Positions 41,744 through 54,547 of a stretch of DNA of 64,000 nt are shown here, in pieces. The stretch's first letter is position 1, and the number at the start of each line of letters is the position of its first letter. The translations under genes and the position numbers were made by a program. Source of the stretch: Entomortierella parvispora E1425 (lineage: Eukaryota; Fungi; Mortierellomycota). The notes below the pieces were generated by a model. It saw only the letters and a program-made list of their open reading frames with translations. It had not been told where the DNA came from and searched no databases. The DNA lies in contig BQFW01000007.1 of NCBI GenBank assembly GCA_020891255.1, forward strand, positions 1,240,001 to 1,304,000, given 5' to 3'.

Positions 41744-43351
41744 CTAGGATCGAAACCGAGTCGGTGCGTACCGAATCCTGTGTCTGCAGAGCAATTGCTG
41801 TGCACGCGCAGTCAAGGCCACACCCGAGAGTTCCTCCAGAAACGGCCAATGCTTCAATGCCCATTCGACCTCTTCCTCTTTCCACATAGCCCACGGAGCG
41901 TCCTTGCCCGCCTGGACATGAAATCGTCTCATCCGTCGTAGACTTCCCAGTCTATCCAAACCACTCTGGAGGGTCATCCGGAAGCACTCGTCGTGTGGAC
42001 GATTCAATTCACAGATTTCAAGCCTCAACAATGAAGAAAGTCGCGACTGAATCATTCGGTGCGGGTGAGGTGAAGTTCTAAAGACAATTGTCAGAACCAA
42101 TTCCTTGAGATCCTTGCAGATCCATGGTCGCGGATCGTCGATAATGTCTATATCCCACAGATTCCCAGCCTTGAACGACTCAAGGCTTGGGAGGGAGCAG
42201 AGCATATCCTGAATTATGACTCCCGTCATGTTGAGGCATCCTTCCAAATGCAACACTCGAATCGCGCTCATATGCCATGGTAGCGTTTGAAGGGTTGTCC
42301 ATTCCCAAAACCCAAAGTTCGTGGCTGCCAGGTCAATTTCCGTCAACCGTCGCATCTTCTTGACCAGTTCTGTAAAGATGTCCAAGGAATAGTCGAGCCC
42401 AGGCATCAGTAGCGTCTCCAGGTTTGGGCATTGTCCCATCGCAATCAGTGAGAAGACGTAATTCATAGGGGAGGCTTTTTCTACCGCCCGGAGCCAGCTT
42501 TTGGGTTTCCAATACAATCGTGTCAAAGTTGCGGAGCATTGCTTAATCATCCAGGCCTGAGCCTTCATTTTATCCCTGTGCATGTGAGTCCCCTCGATCG
42601 TCAAGTCCCGAAGCCGTCCTGATCCAGGGATCTCGCTTATCGGATCATCCAGCCCTTTCGGAATTATGAAAACCGGATTATCCAGGGTCCCTGGTGCGCA
42701 CCAATCTCCAGACAGCTTGAGGACGTCGAGACGCGACCACAGCATCAGATACAATTCCATGTGTTCAGATGGATCTGTGAGCCGCATTCCAGCATATTCC
42801 AGTTGTCGCAGATGGATGCACTTGACCAGCGCATTCCAGAGATCCGAAGGGTTCTCAAGAGGGCCTACCGCAGCTGTCAAAGACACGGATGTCAGGAACA
42901 TTGAGTGTTGTAGGATGAGCGAGAAGAGGGTTCCGTTGTTGTTGGTGTCCATGATTTCAATGGTCAACTTTGAGAGGTTTCTGCACGTCGGGAAGTTGGA
43001 CAAGCTGAAGGGGAGGATCGGGTGTTTGAGAGCAACGGTATGCTTGCAACGGAGTCGAAGAGTGTGCACAAAGTGGGCGTTCATCAGGACCGTATTATAA
43101 GGAGGCTCCCTCTCAGGCATGGACATGTTCATTTGAGCATCCTTCCACAGATAAGGGGTAAAAGCAGTTCTCCAAGCACGCGAGACCTTCATAGCGTCCA
43201 GGGTGGTCTGTTGATCCAGGAACTCGGCGAGTAGGCAGAGAATCTCTGGGATGGCAAGAGGGTGCGGGCGACGACGAGGGCTGTCAGGAGCTCCTTGTAG
43301 GGTATCTTGGCCTGGTGCCTGTCCAGGTTGAATCTCACGGTGACGCAGCAT
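41744..43351 (-). CDS. F-box/LRR (RNI-like) family protein, intronless
   Basis: HPLAIPEILCLLAEFL..VSRAWRTAFTPYLW F-box; LRR-like LxxLxL repeats; PWICKDLKELVL; GLDRLGSLRRMRRF; VEWALKHWPFL. Confidence 0.85.
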   Translation of the reverse strand: MLRHREIQPGQAPGQDTLQGAPDSPRRRPHPLAIPEILCLLAEFLDQQTTLDAMKVSRAWRTAFTPYLWKDAQMNMSMPEREPPYNTVLMNAHFVHTLRLRCKHTVALKHPILPFSLSNFPTCRNLSKLTIEIMDTNNNGTLFSLILQHSMFLTSVSLTAAVGPLENPSDLWNALVKCIHLRQLEYAGMRLTDPSEHMELYLMLWSRLDVLKLSGDWCAPGTLDNPVFIIPKGLDDPISEIPGSGRLRDLTIEGTHMHRDKMKAQAWMIKQCSATLTRLYWKPKSWLRAVEKASPMNYVFSLIAMGQCPNLETLLMPGLDYSLDIFTELVKKMRRLTEIDLAATNFGFWEWTTLQTLPWHMSAIRVLHLEGCLNMTGVIIQDMLCSLPSLESFKAGNLWDIDIIDDPRPWICKDLKELVLTIVFRTSPHPHRMIQSRLSSLLRLEICELNRPHDECFRMTLQSGLDRLGSLRRMRRFHVQAGKDAPWAMWKEEEVEWALKHWPFLEELSGVALTARAQQLLCRHRIRYAPTRFRS

Positions 43352-43569
43352 CTTTGAAAACAGGGAATTGAATGAAGGAAAGAACAAACGAAAAAGAGGC
43401 GAAGAGCCAGCCTTTTTGTGTGTGTGGTCCCTTTCGAGACGTGCCGCAGACTGCCAGGGGCGGCGCGTGCGCCGCGGCGCGTGGAAGGGGAAAAGGGTCG
43501 ACCGTGCGGCGCAAAAATAAGGATTGAAGAGCCATTCATCCTTTTATTCTTTTTCTTCATCCCATCAGG

Positions 43570-44599
43570 TCATCAGCCATTCATCGCCATTCCAGAATGC
43601 TGACGGCACCGGATCTACCAGAGATCAGGTCCCACGCTCTACATCTTTACGCAGCTCAAGCTGCACGGAACGAGTCTCTCCTCCATGTCTGTCTTCCATC
43701 GCTCGAATTCTATCCGAAAGATTGGCAGTAGCTCGATGGAAGCAGCCTGGGTGCACAGCCTGCACAGCCCAAACCTCAGTGAGCTCGAGCTCTTTGAGGA
43801 GATTCAACAGCAAGAGGTCGATTTCTTGCAGCGTCATCTGGCCTCGCTGCAGACGCTGGTCCTGAACAAGATCGGCTCGCGAAAGGCCAGTGACCAACTC
43901 CACGATGCAGACGAGCTGTGGAAACCCCCCGCTTCCGTTCCGTTTGTCCACTCTTGCAGTGGGTATCTTTCTCCTGACTCCGGAGAGCTTGTCCATCTGC
44001 CGGCCATTGTGGTCGCGTCGAGAACGGTACGGCAGTGTCGTTCAAAACTTGGATCTCAGCTGCGCCTATGAGCTCAAAGGAACGGTTATCCATGACACAC
44101 TCTGCAGTTGCCCCTCATCACCTCGTTCTCTGCAAGGTTGATACACGACCTAGACTTGGATTCGACACCTTGGGTTTGTTTGGGACTGAAGAAGTTGAGC
44201 ATTGATTTTGAAGTGGTCGAGGAAGGGTGGGTCACTCACTGGTTGATTTTTGAGCGACTGGCAACCTTTCAAGCTCTGACCCAACTAAAGATTTCAGCCG
44301 CGCTTGTTTATAGACTCTTTGCAGATAGAGGCCGGCATTTGCAGCTTGTACCCTACGGTGGTTTGCATTGTTTGGAGACCCTTCGTCATTTGAAGCTGTT
44401 GGATGTCACCGATGCGCCACAATCGCTGTCAGAAGATGTTCGGTGGATGCTGGCCCATTGACCGCGGTTAGAGTTTGTGTATGGGCAGTTAAGCCAAAGT
44501 CCCGCCATTAACGAGTCGTTCAACACGATTATGAAGGCTGGAGGTGTGTTACGAGAACTTCCTCGTCGTCATGGAGTTCGGGTTATAGATGAAAGTTAG
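43570..44599 (+). pseudogene. Decayed F-box/LRR paralogue (deletion, frameshifts, premature stop)
   Basis: Degenerate F-box start HQPFIAIPEC-stop; LRR fragments in three frames; PWVCLGLKKLSI, GLHCLETLRHL, and VRWMLAH-TGA-PRL at 44459-61 where the paralogues have (H/S)WP(R/F)L. Confidence 0.8.
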
Positions 44600-44624
44600 G
44601 TTTATTAAATAAAACGAGAGTTCC

Positions 44625-46127
44625 TCATATGACTGACCTCGATGGGACAGGCGGTACATTTACCCCGAACAAGCCCTTTAGTCTGGGCCAGTGATCCTTT
44701 GTCCATTGAACTTCTGCTTGACCCCACTCGACTCCCTGTTGGAGGGGTCCCACTTGAAAACGTTGCATTTGCCTCAAGGTTCGTAACTGATCCAGTCCTC
44801 CTTGTAACGTGAGTTGGAGCGGCACTCTACAGCCTGCGACACCATGCATTCTACAGTCTTCCAGATGGACAAGTCTCGAGATTCGCTCCAAAATCATGGG
44901 CTGCGATGCTTGCGTCTCAAGGGATATTATCAGCCTTAATATCTTCAAGCGGAGGCAGATCCACTCTCTACCATCGTCTACAATGTCGCTATCCTTTATC
45001 ATTTTTGCCTCAAGATGTTCTAGATTGGGCAATGAAGCCATCATCTCTTGAAGAATATTTCCAGTGACAAGGGCACAGTCTATCAAAACCAGCTTTCGAA
45101 GGGACGCCATGTGACGACTGTTCCTTTGTATGGCATGCCAGCAAAATTCGTCAAAATTAGTTGAGTGCATTTGCAATTCCGTTAGTCGAGTCAGCCCATC
45201 AACCACTATCGCAAAGTCACTGGTACGATATTCTTGTGCCAGCAAGAGGGACTCCAGGTGCGGCCAGAGCGTCTGTCCTGAAGTCTGTAACCCTTTGGAT
45301 AGCTGGTGCACCGGTCCCATTTCCTGATCATACCCCCCAGTTTTCCAGTCGCATTGGACAAGAGATTGACATTGTTGAACGATCCAACCTTGGGCCTGTG
45401 TCTGATTGTATCTTTGCTGTTCATCAGGGACAAAATCATCTCGTGCGATGGTGAGATCCTGGATCTTTGCCAGGGGTCTAGAGTCATTTGTTGGTTGCAA
45501 CAACAGGTCTTTCGGTATCTCTATGGGAGTCCAATCCCCAGCGAGATGTAGCACTGTTAGTCGTGACCAGATTCGATCGTAGAGAGAGAGCCATTCCCCT
45601 GGGTAGGTGAGCCTCAATTCCAAGATAGTCAGATCTTCCAGTTGAGTACACTCCTCTAAGGCCGACCATAAGGCCTCGTCTGTCGGTTGGGCGAATCGAA
45701 TGGATTTCAAGGTGTGTCGATGTCGACGTATGAGGTTGCCGAAGGCATAGAGGGGTGTCGCAAAGTAACAATCGATAACAAGGAAGCATTCGATAGAGAG
45801 GTGGGTGAGGTTCGGGCAAAAGAGGTCGGTGCCATACCGCAGGTCGACATCGTCCAAGAGTCTGAGGTCGCAAATGTACTTTGCATTGGCCTTGACAGCA
45901 TCGAATTCTACACGAGAAAGACCGTGCACGCGAATTACCGACCAGAGGATTGGCAAAAAGGAGGAATTCCATAGATGCGAGACCCGAATGCTGGTACAGA
46001 GCGTTCTGTTGTCCATGTGCTGGCCAACGAGGGTGAGTAGCTCTGGTATTTCCAGCGGGTTACGTTGGTACGCGGGATGGACATGAGCGATTGTTGGTCC
46101 AGGCCCTTGATTGAGTGTCGATGCCAT
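44625..46127 (-). CDS. F-box/LRR (RNI-like) family protein, intronless, 500 aa
   Basis: RNPLEIPELLTLVGQHM..VSHLWNSSFLPILW F-box; EWICLRLKILRL; GGLDQLRTLRQMQRF; VQWTKDHWPRL. Confidence 0.85.
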   Translation of the reverse strand: MASTLNQGPGPTIAHVHPAYQRNPLEIPELLTLVGQHMDNRTLCTSIRVSHLWNSSFLPILWSVIRVHGLSRVEFDAVKANAKYICDLRLLDDVDLRYGTDLFCPNLTHLSIECFLVIDCYFATPLYAFGNLIRRHRHTLKSIRFAQPTDEALWSALEECTQLEDLTILELRLTYPGEWLSLYDRIWSRLTVLHLAGDWTPIEIPKDLLLQPTNDSRPLAKIQDLTIARDDFVPDEQQRYNQTQAQGWIVQQCQSLVQCDWKTGGYDQEMGPVHQLSKGLQTSGQTLWPHLESLLLAQEYRTSDFAIVVDGLTRLTELQMHSTNFDEFCWHAIQRNSRHMASLRKLVLIDCALVTGNILQEMMASLPNLEHLEAKMIKDSDIVDDGREWICLRLKILRLIISLETQASQPMILERISRLVHLEDCRMHGVAGCRVPLQLTLQGGLDQLRTLRQMQRFQVGPLQQGVEWGQAEVQWTKDHWPRLKGLFGVNVPPVPSRSVI

Positions 46128-47052
46128 TGGTGACAGAGATGAAAAGGGGAAAAGGTTGATAGTTGTGGTACATGTACACGATTACGGACGGAGCTTTTTC
46201 TTGTGTTTTTTTTTTTTTTTTTTTCCCTTTATTTGTGGAACTGAAAAGACATGGCAAAGACTGAAAGGTTGGCGATCCCAAGGCGAGGCAAAGATGCAAA
46301 AACGAAACCATGGCGCGTCTGGATTCCCGCGTGGTGGACCCGCATCCAGAAGGATCTCTGCACATCTTGTCGCCTACCCCTGACCGCCACCCGAGCGTTC
46401 ATTGGATCTGACTATCCTGCGAAGTCAGGAACAAAGGTCGAGAACCCACTGGGAGGGAAGGGGATGAGGCAATGGAAAAGCCCCCCTTGCGACATGCTCA
46501 ATTGCCAAAGCAGGCAAGGAAACGAAACAGGGACGAACAGGCGGGGCTGAGCCTGCGTCGTTGAGTTTCCACAACGACCAAGAAACTCTGCTGAAGCCAA
46601 AATGAATCACCCGAAATATGGTCCAACAGTCGCTGCTTTCCAATTGCAGCCACGGACGAAATTTATCCGCTCAGCCAAGATGGGCTTTCCTTGAGAGGCC
46701 TTTTTTTCTTGACTTCCTTCTTTCTCCAGTCCAACTAAACTCTGAGCTAGCCTGCCTTTTCTCCCAAGAATTCTCCTTCTGGCCAGGTTAAATCTCGTAC
46801 ACCTTCTTTTTGGCAGGGCTGTTTTCTTTTTCGGCAAAAAAATGATAAACGTGCTCAACAGATGGACACACCTACATGTACCAAGAATGCTCAAAGTCGA
46901 CCCTTGTAGCTCTGGCTGTTTCCCTTCTCGTAAACTCAGCAAGAAGTCAAGACTACGCTGACCATAAGATTCTCTCTTGAACCCTCCGCAATGGCGGCTG
47001 TTCCATGTTCAAACAGCAGGGTCTGGGTCCGTGTGCTGCTCGAATATACTCT

Positions 47053-47060
47053 TATATAAA
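47053..47060 (+). promoter_or_regulatory. Putative TATA box of RTA1-like gene 1
   Basis: TATATAAA about 130 nt upstream of ATG 47188, followed by a CT-rich leader. Confidence 0.45.
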
Positions 47061-47187
47061 TAAGGGGAACCTGCTGTCTCTTTTTTTTTCTCGTTGCTCA
47101 CAAATATCTCTTTCACCTTATTCTTCTTTTTTCCTTCTTTCCTACTCTCTTCACCCCTCCTCTGTCTGTCCGCTCTCCCTCCCGAAA

Positions 47188-48053
47188 ATGGCCTCTGTTG
47201 ACGAGATCCTGTCCATTGTAGCCGGCGTGCTCTTCCTGGCGCTTTTGGGCCTGTTCACGATCAGATTTGTGAAGTCGCACTGGGCACCCTATGCTTATTT
47301 GATGTTCTTCTGTCTCCTCAGAGGTATGGTTCCAACTGTAGTTGTTGCAGATCAGCCCTTTGAACTGTGCAGATCATTAAAAAAAAAAAGGTTGTCTAAC
47401 CGTCCATTGCTGACAAATTCATAGTGGTCGGGTATGGTCTCCGAGCATACGTCGATACGCTCAACCAAGTCGACAACACCAACTGGGTGCCCTACTACAT
47501 TGCCGATACGGTCCTTCTCTCGATCGGTGTCATCTTTATCTTGCTCTTGTTGGCCAAGCTGTACCACTCAATTCTCCCAAAGCTCCGTGCCGAGACGGGC
47601 GAGGAGCGTGGTCGCTTTGAACGCACCCTGGTCGACCGTACCCGCCTCTTCTTGTTGCCTATCGTCATTTGTGTTGTTATTGGAGCTTCTTACGCGTCCC
47701 CCACCAACTCGATCTCTCAGCAAAACACTGGTTTGGTCTTGCGTAAAGTCGGTGTCTGTCTGTTGGCTATCTTTGGTGTCGTTTATTTGATCTCGGCCTT
47801 GACGTACCGCAAGAGATACCCAGCAAACCAGCGCGCATTCACCATCGCCTTGGTGGTCACAATCTTGTTTGATATTTCGTTGGTCTACAAGATTGTGTAC
47901 ACGTTCGATGCGGTTGCCGCGACCAAGACAGCTGCCTACTTTATCTTGGGCCCTTTCCTCGAGTTGATTGCTCTGGGAGTCCTGTCGGTCGATCTGCAAT
48001 CGCACTTCTTGGGCTACAAGTACACTCCTGAGACCGAGCTCGTGAAGCCCTAG
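47188..48053 (+). CDS. RTA1-like multi-pass membrane protein, copy 1 (2 exons)
   Basis: About seven hydrophobic segments; FCLLR|VVGYGLRAY matches the RTA1 F..R..GY..R pattern; RKVGVCL; F...ELIALG; intron GTATGG 47323..CATAG. Confidence 0.7.
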
Positions 48054-49566
48054 GGCCGAGATGCGATATTGTAGGCTTTGGGTCGTGTTGCGTTCCATCT
48101 ACTCTGCTATAGGAGTCTAGGATTTATTCTTGTTCTCCCAAATAGTAATAATAAATAGTATTCCAGCCCCATACGTCAATCGTTTATTTTTCAGTGCATC
48201 ATTATCTGGTTCATCTACCTCGAGAACAATGGTTTACCAATGGTCATTGAGTCTCCAATGGGTCCAATTGCTGTTACCACTGCACCGTCTGAGTATATGT
48301 AGTCAGCAACGGGTGGCTGTGTTAAACGTTGTTGTCGTTGACCATCTTTAAAGCCTAAAGAGAAATCCTCACGGATCAAAAACGTAATAAACAATGTTGG
48401 TCCAACAAGCTGTCCGACTTTTACAGAACAAGCAAGGCGAGTCGCGAAGAGTTTTGACGTTGAAGCGTGGAAAAAGACGACAATGTGCAGGCCACGTGAA
48501 CAAAAAAAGGATTGGGACCCATACGTCCATTGCCTGGTGCTACTTTAGGCTATGGTGAGCATCATGTTCCATGCACTCCCTCCATGTAGGGGGAAAAAAG
48601 GCTAAGAAAGAGAGAGGAGGGAAGCCCATCGTGCGATCTAAAGGGCGAAAGCCCAAAAAAGAAGCGAAAAAGAGGATGAACAAAACAAGGGGGGAATATT
48701 TCTCCGGACAGGATTTGGCTCATTTGGCTTGGGCTGTCTTTCTCCTGGGCTGAACTTTTCCGTTGAAATTCTTGGCTTTCTCCCCCTGTCAAAGTACAGG
48801 TATGGACGAAAACCCTCTTTGGGTCAATTGGACACCCCTCGCGTGCTCTCTCACGTTGCAACAGCTACAGACGCGATAGAGCATGTACACTAGCAGCAGA
48901 GGATGTGGTCACCAGTGGGAAGAAAGTGAGGCAGTATGGAAAAAGGGAAGTCCCCCCCGCAGTTTTTTTTTTACTTTTTTTTAATACGGGCAGGCTTGGA
49001 GGGGCTCAGCCGCCTGGAGGTGCCTTGGCTGAACAGAGTTTTCTTTTCAAAGAACAAGGACAAGAGGGCAAAGGGGTGCAGTGCTTTTTGTCGATCGGTG
49101 ACATCAAGCAGCAGAAGGGACCGGCCGCAGTTTTTTTTTTTTTGTCCTTTGTTTGTTTGCTGACTGGTCTGCTCTGGGTGAATCTAATGTTTGTTTTTGG
49201 TGTGTTTACCCGTTTTTTTGCTCTCAGCTAAGAATGTGGAACCACCCGACAATAGCCATGAATGACCGCGTTCTTGGCGCCCGAATAAACTTTTTCGCGC
49301 ACAGGGCAGTAGGGCATTAACTGGTTCAGCCCTGCCTGTCTATCCCCGTATAAGTACCGCTACCATTCCCACTCTCCAGCTTTTACAACAACAGCTTCTC
49401 AAATACCCTCTTCCCCTCTATACCCGTCTTCACCAGTCTTTCGTACCCTACCAGTCTCTCTCATCTCTTCTTCTCTTTGCCAGTCTCTCCACCAGTCTCT
49501 TTCACACACGCACACGCACAAACACACGTACATCGTCTCACTTCCCGCCAAATCCTATATCTCACA

Positions 49567-50556
49567 ATGGTGAACGCTGATCAAATTTTGTCCATCGTCG
49601 CTGTCGTCTGCTTCGCAGTCCTTCTCGTACAATTCGCCCTCCGTTACCGTCGATCAGGATGGGGACTCTACATGTACATTGCAATCTTCTGTGTTATTCG
49701 AGGTAAGTTCTTACGACCAAAAAAAAAACTTCAGAAAGAGTCCAATTGCTTTTTTTTTTTCCACCCACAGTCTCTAACCTGGTTTCTTCTTTGTTCTTGA
49801 TTAGTCGTCGCATACGGAATTAGAGCGTACATCGATGGATCACCCGACATTAACACAACCACCCTCACCAACCTCACCATTGCCGAGCTGATCTGTATCT
49901 CGATCGGTGCCATCTTTGCCTTCAAGCTGATTGCTCGACTTTACGAATCCATTCTCCCCAAACTCCGCGCTCAGAGTCAAGTCGGACCTGATCTGTTTGA
50001 GCGTACCATGGTGCAACAAAACAAGTTGTTCCTCTTGCCTCTGGTCATCCTCGTCATTTTAGGCGCCGTCGATTCTACCCCTGGCCACACAGAGTCCCAA
50101 ATGTCCCTTGGCCTCACCTTGCGTCGCGTTGGTGTTTCTCTGTTGATGATCATCGGAATCTGGTACCTGTACCAGGGCTACGTCTACCGTCAGCGGTACT
50201 CTGCCAACGGAAGAGCCTTCACCATTGCCTTGTTGACAATCTTGATCTTTGACTTGTCTCTGGTATACAAGGTCATTTATTCGTTCTGGCCACAGGCGGA
50301 GACGGTCACTATTGTGTACTTTGTGCTCTCGCCCTTGTTGGAGCTGATTGCGTTGGCGATCTTGTCGGTCGATTTGCAGGCTTATTTCTTGGGGCATGCG
50401 ATTGTTCAGGAGGATATCGAGATTGCTCAACCGGCCCTCGCAGGATCTAGTCAAGCTGGATACTACCAGCTCGCTCCCACACCTGCCTACCACCCTCAGC
50501 AACAAGCACAACAACAAATGTATAACCCCCCCCAATATTCTTCGGCGCAATACTAG
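49567..50556 (+). CDS. RTA1-like multi-pass membrane protein, copy 2 (2 exons, tandem paralogue)
   Basis: MVNADQILSIVAVV..; FCVIR|VVAYGIRAY with the intron at the same position as copy 1; shares SILPKLRA, FERT.V, RY.AN.RAFTIAL and LSVDLQ..FLG; extra Q/Y/P-rich tail. Confidence 0.7.
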
Positions 50557-50745
50557 ACGTCACAATATTCGCATATCTCTTTGTAAATTATCAAGTGCCT
50601 CTTTTGCATATTAAAACACAACACAACTACAATACAAAAGCTGTAATGATGAAGAATGTGATTTAATGCATGGCGCCATGTCGCACCGGGAATAGAAAAA
50701 CGAAAAGCAGGAAGAAAATCAAGGGCAATGAATGATGCGAGAACT

Positions 50746-53204
50746 CTACAGCTGCTTTTGACTGTGGACTCGGTCGATGATCGAAAGTACAATATCCCGT
50801 GTCTCGATCCATACCTGCTGCAAATGCATGACGGAGAAAGACGTCTTCTTCCTGGCCTATAAAGTTGGAGACGATACTCTGGTTAGTTACAGGGGGTTTG
50901 ACTTTACGCGCACCATGCTGACGCCAAAAACGGAAAAAAAAAAAGAAAAGACGATGTCAATTGAGTATGGGACATACCAGCGCATTCAGGTTGTGCTTGG
51001 CGTTAAGCATGATCTGGTCGCAAAGGCGCTCAATGTGCACGGGGACCAATTGCTCGTTCTCAGGACTAATTTGATCCAGCTCACCATTGACAACGTTGTG
51101 CCACTGAGCGATCGCCAACTGAGTCGCTACTGATGCCTTGTAAAATGGATTGACCAACCTCAAACGCATGGCAGCCATGAGACGGAATGATACGTCGTCC
51201 CGATGCAGGACATAGTCACTGCGGGTGAGTAAGCTCATGGTTAATATAGGGCTTTGTCGACTCTTTGTATACCATACAAATTGGAGATTATCCTCGCTTA
51301 CCCCAAGTATCCAGCCATATCCAAAAGTTCCAGCTTATCTTTTTTTGCGACAGCGGTCTCTCCAGGAATCGAAAGGTTTAGGAAATCGTCGTCCACTGTC
51401 ACATAGTTGTATGGGTTGTTAGGTGTAACGAAGCCATATTCCTACAATGGCGACAGAGGAAACGCAATTGTGTTAATGTCGATGAGCAGCCCACAATTCC
51501 AACTTGCCACATAATTACAGCTAATTAAAAGCATACCACAAGGATGAAGCAATTGTCGTGAGGTCCATAGTTAATAAAGACTTGCTCGCCCTTCTTATAT
51601 GGAAGAAGCGTCTTGATCTGGTACGACTTTGTTTTCGGACAGAAGTAGCCTTCGGTCTAAAAGTAAGGCGGTGTTAGCCAATATCCTAGAATGGCACAAT
51701 ACCCATATTCTGTGAACCATCCAAAGGTTTGTACCTTGGCGTCGTGGGTATGATTGAGGAAATCGAGCATGGGTGCCAATGCAATGTTATCGGCAGCGGT
51801 CTGCTTCTTTGATTCAAGATAAATACAACGGGTATTCACTAATGGATCAAAATTGTGAGTGTTAGACCAAGGGAAGACAAGGGATGGGGTTCTCATATAT
51901 CGCTATGTTGTCCTAACTTACCGACTAGCCAGGCCCACTCGTACTCTTCATAGGTGAGAGGTCGCGTTAAGAGGTCATTATTCGACTATCCAGACCACAG
52001 CGAGGTATTCTGTCAGTAGACATTCTTGATAGACCCCTGACCGCAGCACCATGAAAGCAAACCCGCACTTACCTGCAAAAACTCCATAGTGCAATTGTAG
52101 TCAGCCTGGATCTTTGCTTTTTGCCTATTAACATGTGCAATTGCGTTCTGAGGCAAAATCTCCATGAGCTCTGGTGGGTACCGGACAGGCATGGTATCAA
52201 ACTTCTTTGGAAGAAGTCGCAGGTAAGGTAGCCATCCTGATTTCTCTGGCGCCTGCACCAGGAGTGCGATATGAAGCGCGATAATCATGTGTGAGTTGAT
52301 CTTCTTCGCAAACCTATGAATTCAGAGATTGGGGTCAATGACTCACAGAACACAAGGCTGCAGTGGGACAACAATAAACACTGCGAAAACTAGCCCTACC
52401 GAGTGATCCTTGATCCATAAATGGATTGAAGCGACTTTAGTGTCACGAGGTTGCGTTCGGGGACCTCAACAATGACTTCTCCGGCCTGACAAAAGAGAGC
52501 AAAGTGTTCGTGTGAGTGTTGTGTGTAACCGGGAGGTCCGTGAGAAATCAAACCATGTGGTGTGATTCACGAATGAGCTCCTTCTAGTAGCATCCATTGA
52601 TCCATATTAAGCTCTTCCGCGCGATGCGCAGTCTTGACGCCCTACCTTGATATCCTTTGTTGCCATCATTCCACGACCGGTATCTAGTTGCGTCAATTGC
52701 AGAGTTGGGTTTGTTTAGTCGTCGGAAAGAGCCGCTGGGAGGATGATTCTCGATCCACGATAAAGCTTACTTGAAAACTCGGCAAGGGTCAATTTTGTTC
52801 GTGGACAGCCCTGATCCCTTAACCACTCCAAAAAGTCCATGTACTCCTGATCCTTGATGATGGCTAAGGTGTGGGAGGGAACATATGCATTAGTTCTTGA
52901 TCATTTTACAAGGTGAAAGCAGCACAGCACAAGTGACTAAGGCACAGCGAAGGAACATGCCTGACTCGACCCTTTCTCCTCCACCATTAAGCTCGTTGTG
53001 CTTCTTTTGTGCACGCAGTCGGCTTGTGCGCCCTTTGCGTTGGCGTGTCTTTGTGGAGGATGGAGCAGGAGAGGGCAGACCACCCAGGGATGGAGACGAG
53101 CTGTCAGCGCCGAGAGCCTTTGCCACCAAGCTGCTGTTGCTCCTGTCTGGCTTGAGACGCTTGTTTGGTGGAGGAGGCATTCGAGTGCTGGGGGGAGTGA
53201 CCAT
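50746..53204 (-). CDS. SET-domain protein lysine methyltransferase (SETD3/SETD4/Rkm-like), many exons
   Basis: FLEWLRDQG..LTLAEF|.TGRGMMATKDIK, WLPYLRLLP, EYEWAW..NTRCIY, LAPMLDFLNHT, EQVFINYGPHDN, YGFV; Rubisco-LSMT-like C-terminal helices. Start codon uncertain (53204 or 53180). Confidence 0.85.
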
Positions 53205-53506
53205 CGACTGGTGCAGACTAGCAATGTAGTTGACGTCAGAGAAGGAGGGAGGGAAAGAATGGCAACGGGTGGGAGTCAATGAGCAAGGATGGAGGAATGA
53301 TTGGCCTCCTTGATGGATTGTGATGCGAACAAAGGAAGGACGAAAAAAAAAAAGAAGAGAAAAAAAAAACTCTCCTGCATACACACTCACACAGAGAGGA
53401 ACAGAGACTCTTTTTGTCCCTCCGTGGCTGAGTGCAGAAAGGAGAAAAAATTGCGCCCCTCCTGGAGGAGATCATTCCTTCCTCGGACCCCGCCTACATA
53501 CTGTAG

Positions 53507-54547
<1,041 letters not shown>

